Of a stretch of 55,747 bases of DNA, positions 50,895 through 55,747 are shown one piece after another. The notes below the pieces were generated by a model that saw only the letters and a program-made list of their open reading frames with translations, had not been told where the DNA came from and did no database searches. Within the stretch, counting starts at the first letter, position 1. Each line of letters starts with the position of its first letter. Where the stretch lies: sequence record DRR723986_5079; one strand, given 5' to 3'. A program made the position numbers and the translations under genes.

Positions 50895-52786
50895 GTGGGG
50901 CTCTGACGACTTCCCGGCGCCGTTTCCTGCAAATGAGCAGCGCCGCGGCGTTTGCGTCGGCAGCGCCCTGGCCAGTGTCCACGGCCTTCGCGTCACAAAC
51001 CGCCTATCCGGATGGCCCCGTACACGGCCTTTCCGTGTTCGGCGATCTGAAATACGGACCGGACTTCACCCAGTTCGACTATGTCAACCGGCTGGCTCCG
51101 AAAGGCGGGACCTTCTCGTTTCAGGCGCCTTACTGGTACTTCAACCAGAATGTCCTGACCTACAACACTTTCAATGCCTTCATCCTGAAAGGCGACGCTC
51201 CGCCCCGCATGGAGCTGTGTTTCGACACCTTGATGGTGCGCGCTTACGATGAGCCGGACGCGGTCTACGGCCTGCTGGCGGAAACGGTAAAGGTGTCGGA
51301 GGACGGCAACGTCTTCACGTTCAGTCTGAGGCCTGAAGCCAGATTTCACGACGGCTCCAAACTGACTGCAGAGGACGTCGCCTTTTCGCTTCTGCTTCTG
51401 AAGGCCGACGGTCACCCCATGCTCAGCCAGCCGCTGTCGTCATTGAAGGACGCGGTCATTCTGGACGATCACAAGGTCGCGCTGCAGTTCGACGGCTCGC
51501 AGTCGCGCAACCTGCCGCTCGTCGTTGCGGCCGATTATCCGATCTTCTCCAAGCGGTATTACACCGCCTACGATTTCAAGCAATCGACCCTGACACCGCC
51601 CCTGTCCTCCGGTCCCTACAAGGTCGGAAAACACGCCGTCGGTCACTATGTCGAATATCACCAGGTCGAAAACTACTGGGCAAAGGATCTGCCGGTCAGG
51701 GTCGGGCACTGCAATTTCGCGGTTATACGGGTGGAGTTCTACCGTGAACGCCAGACGGCATTCGAAGCCTTCAAGAAGGGCAAGACGTTCTACCGCGAGG
51801 AATTCACGTCCAAGAACTGGGCAACGGAGTACAATTTTCCGGCTGTGGAAGAAGGCAAGGTCATCCGCCGCGAGTTTCCCGATGGCCGGCCGTCAGGGGC
51901 GCAGGGCTGGTTCATCAACACCCGGCTCGACAAGTTCAAGGACCCGCGCGTGCGCGAGGCTCTTGGATACGCCTTCGATTTCGAATGGTCGAACCAGAAC
52001 CTGTTCTACGGGCTTTATACGAGAACCCAGTCCTTCTTCGAAAACTCCGACATGAAGGCCGAGGGAATGCCCTCGGCCGCGGAACTTTCTTTGCTGGAGC
52101 CCTTCCGGGACCAGTTGCCGAAGGCTGTCTTCGGCGAAGCGGTGATGCAGCCCGTCAGCGATGGATCCGGCAATGACCGCAAGCTGCTGAAACGGGCGAG
52201 CGAACTTCTGGCCGAAGCCGGGTTTACCCGGAAGGGGACTGACCTGATCGGCCCGGACGGAAATCAGCTGACGATCGAGTTCCTGAACAACACCGCCGCT
52301 TACGAACGGATCGTCAATCCGATGATCAAGAACCTGGAACGGCTCGGCATCAAGGCGAGCCTGCGGGTCGTGGATCCGGCGCAATATGAGGCCAGGCTCA
52401 ACGACTACGACTTTGATATCGCCAGTCGCAGGCTCAGCCTTTCGCCGACACTGTCGGATACCATTCGCGAGATGTGGGGCTCCAAGGCGGCGACAATTCC
52501 GGGCACCTACAACACATCCGGCATATCCAGCCCGGTTGTCGATGCACTGATCGACAAGGCCATCGCGGCGACAACGCGCGATGAGATGACCAACGCGGCG
52601 CGGGCCCTCGACCGCGTGTTGCGGGCCGGTCATTACTGGATCCCGCAATGGTTCAAGAACGTCCACACTGTTGCCATGTGGGATGTCTACGGCTTTCCCG
52701 AAGAAACTCCGCGCTACTTCTTCCCGGTTGAAGAACTGTGGTGGATAGACAAGGAAAAGGCGGAAAAACTCGGCAAAGCCGGGTAA
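50891..52786 (+). CDS. yejA: Peptide ABC transporter substrate-binding protein (YejA-like), copy 2, Tat signal
   Basis: ATGA overlap; SRRRFLQ twin-Arg; HGLSVFGDLKY, APKGG, RALDRVLR. Confidence 0.88.
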   Translation: MSGALTTSRRRFLQMSSAAAFASAAPWPVSTAFASQTAYPDGPVHGLSVFGDLKYGPDFTQFDYVNRLAPKGGTFSFQAPYWYFNQNVLTYNTFNAFILKGDAPPRMELCFDTLMVRAYDEPDAVYGLLAETVKVSEDGNVFTFSLRPEARFHDGSKLTAEDVAFSLLLLKADGHPMLSQPLSSLKDAVILDDHKVALQFDGSQSRNLPLVVAADYPIFSKRYYTAYDFKQSTLTPPLSSGPYKVGKHAVGHYVEYHQVENYWAKDLPVRVGHCNFAVIRVEFYRERQTAFEAFKKGKTFYREEFTSKNWATEYNFPAVEEGKVIRREFPDGRPSGAQGWFINTRLDKFKDPRVREALGYAFDFEWSNQNLFYGLYTRTQSFFENSDMKAEGMPSAAELSLLEPFRDQLPKAVFGEAVMQPVSDGSGNDRKLLKRASELLAEAGFTRKGTDLIGPDGNQLTIEFLNNTAAYERIVNPMIKNLERLGIKASLRVVDPAQYEARLNDYDFDIASRRLSLSPTLSDTIREMWGSKAATIPGTYNTSGISSPVVDALIDKAIAATTRDEMTNAARALDRVLRAGHYWIPQWFKNVHTVAMWDVYGFPEETPRYFFPVEELWWIDKEKAEKLGKAG

Positions 52787-52849
52787 TATTTCCAGCGAAA
52801 CCTCGGGCCCGCTCCAGAAGGCCAAGACAAAAGGGACTGCACACACTCC

Positions 52850-53974
52850 ATGGGCGCCTACATCCTCCGCCGCTTGCTGCTGATGATACCGACGCTGGTC
52901 GGGATCATGGCAATCAACTTCGTCATCATCCAGTTTGCGCCAGGTGGTCCGGTCGAGCGGGTCATTGCCCAGTTGCAGGGAACGGACGTTTCGGCGACAT
53001 CACGCATCAGCGGTGGTGGCAGCGACATGCTGGGGGGCGGCAACGACGCCTCCGGTGGCAGTGGTGGCGCAACTGCAGACTCGGCCAGTTCGAAATATCG
53101 CGGTGCCCAGGGGCTTGACCCGGAATTCATCAAGGAACTGGAAGCGCAGTTCGGTTTCGACAAGCCGCCGCTGGAACGCTTCCTGAAGATGCTGGGCGAC
53201 TATGCCCGCTTCGATTTCGGTGAAAGCTATTTCCGCGACATCAAGATCATCGATCTGATTGCCGAAAAACTGCCGGTTTCGATCTCGCTCGGCCTCTGGA
53301 TGACGTTGATATCCTATGCGGTGTCGATACCGCTCGGGATCCGCAAGGCCGTTTCGGACGGTTCGCGGTTCGACGTCTGGACCTCCGGTGTCATCGTCGT
53401 GGCTTACGCCATACCGGGCTTTCTCTTTGCGGTTCTCTTGATCGTGCTTTTCGCCGGCGGGTCCTTCTGGGATATCTTTCCCTTGCGGGGGCTGGTGTCT
53501 GACAATTGGGAACAGCTCTCGTGGCCTGCCCGGATCGCCGACTATTTCTGGCATCTGGCTCTGCCCTTGACGGCCATGGCCCTGTCCGCCTTTGCCACCA
53601 CCACCTTGCTGACCAAGAACTCGTTCCTGGACGAAATCCGCAAGCAATACGTGATCACCGCAAGGGCAAAGGGACTGACGGAAAGCCAGGTGCTTTACGG
53701 ACATGTGTTCCGCAACGCCATGCTGATCGTGGTGGCCGGTTTCCCGGGGGCCTTCATCTCGTCCTTCTTTGCCGGCTCGCTCCTCATCGAGACGATCTTC
53801 TCGCTCGATGGCCTGGGATTGCTCAGTTTTGAATCGGTGATCAATCGCGACTACGCGGTTGTTTTCGCAACCCTCTACATCTTCTCGCTCATGGGACTTC
53901 TGGTGAACCTCATTTCCGACCTGACCTACACCTGGATCGATCCCCGGATCGACTTCGAAAGCAGGGAGGTCTGA
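52850..53974 (+). CDS. yejB: Peptide ABC transporter permease
   Basis: MGAYILRRLLLMIPT, APGGPVE, FGFDKP, TARAKGL, DPRIDF. Confidence 0.93.
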   Translation: MGAYILRRLLLMIPTLVGIMAINFVIIQFAPGGPVERVIAQLQGTDVSATSRISGGGSDMLGGGNDASGGSGGATADSASSKYRGAQGLDPEFIKELEAQFGFDKPPLERFLKMLGDYARFDFGESYFRDIKIIDLIAEKLPVSISLGLWMTLISYAVSIPLGIRKAVSDGSRFDVWTSGVIVVAYAIPGFLFAVLLIVLFAGGSFWDIFPLRGLVSDNWEQLSWPARIADYFWHLALPLTAMALSAFATTTLLTKNSFLDEIRKQYVITARAKGLTESQVLYGHVFRNAMLIVVAGFPGAFISSFFAGSLLIETIFSLDGLGLLSFESVINRDYAVVFATLYIFSLMGLLVNLISDLTYTWIDPRIDFESREV

Positions 53975-53977
53975 TCG

Positions 53978-55246
53978 ATGGCGACCGATTCAGACAGTGA
54001 TGCAGGAAGTGCAAACTACGAGACCGGCAGTGGCGGACATGAGGCTGGCGGATATGAAGCCGAAAGCCGCGAGCGGTCCAGGGCGGCCTACTTCGAGGCA
54101 GCTGTAACAGATGATCGCGAGGCGTTTGTAGCCCCGGCAAAGGGTTCCAAGGCACGCCTTTCGCCGATAAACCAGCGGCGGCTGGTGAACTTCAAGGCCA
54201 ACAGGCGCGGATACTGGTCGCTCTGGATCTTCCTGGTGCTGTTCGTCATGGCCATGCTGGCCGAATTCCTGACCAACGACCGGCCGATCCTTGTTTCGTA
54301 CAACGGCGAATTGCTGGCGCCGGTCTTCGTCGATTACCCGGAAGAAAAGTTCGGTGGCTTCCTGGCGGTGACCGACTACCGCGATCCGTTCATCCAGGAA
54401 GAGATCAGTGCCAACGGCTGGATGCTGTGGCCGCCGGTGCGTTATTCCTACCGATCGGTCAACAATGACATTCCGGTCCCGGCACCCGCACCTCCCTCCT
54501 GGACGATGGACAAGGAAAAGCGTTGCTCGCGCTATCCGCTTGGCGCGGAAGATCCCAATTGCGTCATGGGCAACTGGAACTGGCTCGGTACGGACGATCA
54601 GGGCCGGGATGTGCTTGCGCGTCTCGTCTACGGCTTCCGGATTTCCGTGCTGTTCGGTCTGGCGCTGACGCTGGCATCCTCCGTCATCGGCATCGCGGCA
54701 GGGGCCGTGCAGGGCTATTATGGCGGCTGGACCGATCTCCTGTTCCAGCGTTTCATCGAGATCTGGACGGCGGTGCCGACGCTTTACCTCATCCTGATCG
54801 TGTCGTCGTTTCTGGTGCCCGGCTTCTGGACCCTTTTCACCATCCTGCTGGCATTTTCCTGGGTGGCGCTCGTGGGTGTCGTGCGCGCGGAATTCCTGCG
54901 CGGCCGGAACCTGGAATACATATCCGCAGCCCGGGCACTCGGCGTTTCCAATCCGGTGATCATGTGGCGGCACCTGCTTCCCAACGCCATGGTGGCGACG
55001 CTTACCTTCATGCCTTTCATTCTCAACGGTTCGATTTCCACCCTGACGGCGCTGGATTTCCTCGGCTTCGGCCTGCCGCCAGGGTCGGCATCACTTGGCG
55101 AACTGCTGGCGCAGGGCAAGAACAACCTTCAGGCGCCCTGGCTCGGGATAACCGGCTTCATGGTCATTTCACTGATGTTGAGCCTGCTGATCTTTATCGG
55201 CGAGGCGGTGCGTGATGCGTTCGACCCGCGCAAGAGTCTGGGGTGA
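53978..55246 (+). CDS. yejE: Peptide ABC transporter permease
   Basis: FKANRRGYWS, LGTDDQGRDV, RHLLPNA, GEAVRDAFDP. Confidence 0.92.
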   Translation: MATDSDSDAGSANYETGSGGHEAGGYEAESRERSRAAYFEAAVTDDREAFVAPAKGSKARLSPINQRRLVNFKANRRGYWSLWIFLVLFVMAMLAEFLTNDRPILVSYNGELLAPVFVDYPEEKFGGFLAVTDYRDPFIQEEISANGWMLWPPVRYSYRSVNNDIPVPAPAPPSWTMDKEKRCSRYPLGAEDPNCVMGNWNWLGTDDQGRDVLARLVYGFRISVLFGLALTLASSVIGIAAGAVQGYYGGWTDLLFQRFIEIWTAVPTLYLILIVSSFLVPGFWTLFTILLAFSWVALVGVVRAEFLRGRNLEYISAARALGVSNPVIMWRHLLPNAMVATLTFMPFILNGSISTLTALDFLGFGLPPGSASLGELLAQGKNNLQAPWLGITGFMVISLMLSLLIFIGEAVRDAFDPRKSLG

Positions 55247-55256
55247 GGAAAACAAG

Positions 55257-55747
55257 ATGACAAAAGAAACGTTCCTCTCCGTCGAAGACCTGTCCGTTGC
55301 CTTTTCCCAAGGCGGCAGCAAGAACCTTGCCGTCGACCGGATCACCTTCGACATCAAGAAGGGTGAGACCGTCGCACTGGTGGGGGAAAGCGGCTCGGGT
55401 AAGTCCGTAACCGCTCAGTCGGTCCTGCGGCTTCTGCCATACCCTGCAGCCTCGCATCCCTCCGGCAGAATCCTGATGAACGGTCAGGATCTTCTGGCGG
55501 TCGAGGAAGCCGAACTGCGCAAGGTGCGCGGCAACGGCATCTCGATGATTTTCCAGGAACCGATGACCTCGCTCAATCCGCTGCACTCGGTGGAAAAGCA
55601 GGTTTCGGAAATTCTGAAGATCCACCGGGGCATGAGCGATACAAAGGCGCGTGAGCGCGTGCTGGAACTGCTCAACCAGGTGGGCATCCGCGATCCTGAA
55701 AAACGTCTCAACTCCTATCCGCACCAGCTTTCCGGCGGCCAGCGCCA
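55257..55747 (+). CDS. yejF: Peptide ABC transporter ATP-binding protein, 5' part (runs off the window)
   Basis: MTKETFLSVEDL...GESGSGKS (Walker A)...IFQEPMTSLNP...YPHQLSGGQR. Confidence 0.92.
   Translation, partial: MTKETFLSVEDLSVAFSQGGSKNLAVDRITFDIKKGETVALVGESGSGKSVTAQSVLRLLPYPAASHPSGRILMNGQDLLAVEEAELRKVRGNGISMIFQEPMTSLNPLHSVEKQVSEILKIHRGMSDTKARERVLELLNQVGIRDPEKRLNSYPHQLSGGQR

Noticed and set aside
49014-52786. Tandem yejA duplication, and the 589-aa antisense ORF 49227..50996
   Set aside because: Two yejA genes are an established arrangement in Hyphomicrobiales (e.g. Brucella); the antisense ORF is a shadow

Overview
A 55.7-kb GC-rich alphaproteobacterial chromosome segment. Gene order and protein style suggest Hyphomicrobiales, probably Roseibium/Labrenzia-like; this is an inference. 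Core genes flank both ends: the pnp 3' end, a periplasmic-sensor PAS-GGDEF-EAL gene, dapB and gpmA on the left; a PfkB kinase, pheA, kdsB, cycM, a CHASE-GGDEF gene and the yejA-yejA-yejB-yejE-yejF operon on the right. Between them lies a ~39-kb mosaic accessory region (about 5.0-43.85 kb) with no integrase, transposase, tRNA or CRISPR. It is built from regulator-plus-target modules whose operators can be read directly from the DNA. The best candidate for an undescribed system is 5.1-15.8 kb. There, four copies of an 18-bp palindrome (consensus CTCTCCCAWWTGGGAGAG) precede four transcription units encoding uncharacterised, mostly exported proteins: a duplicated beta-sandwich domain, a DUF3828-VWA fusion, three small Cys-rich proteins and LemA. 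In three copies the spacing to a -10-like hexamer gives the lux-box position (about -42.5). These units surround a LuxR-type regulator whose N-terminus is a catalytically dead alpha/beta-hydrolase, plus a LuxR solo. Other modules are an OmpR-type two-component system with a molybdo-oxidoreductase; a FixJ/NodVW-like system with twin promoters driving two hydrolases; a SoxR-box RND pump; a LysR regulon marked by ATGA-N7-TCAT boxes; two gene remnants; a frameshifted PQQ dehydrogenase; and an IaaH-like amidase. Family assignments come from motif recognition only; no database searches were run.
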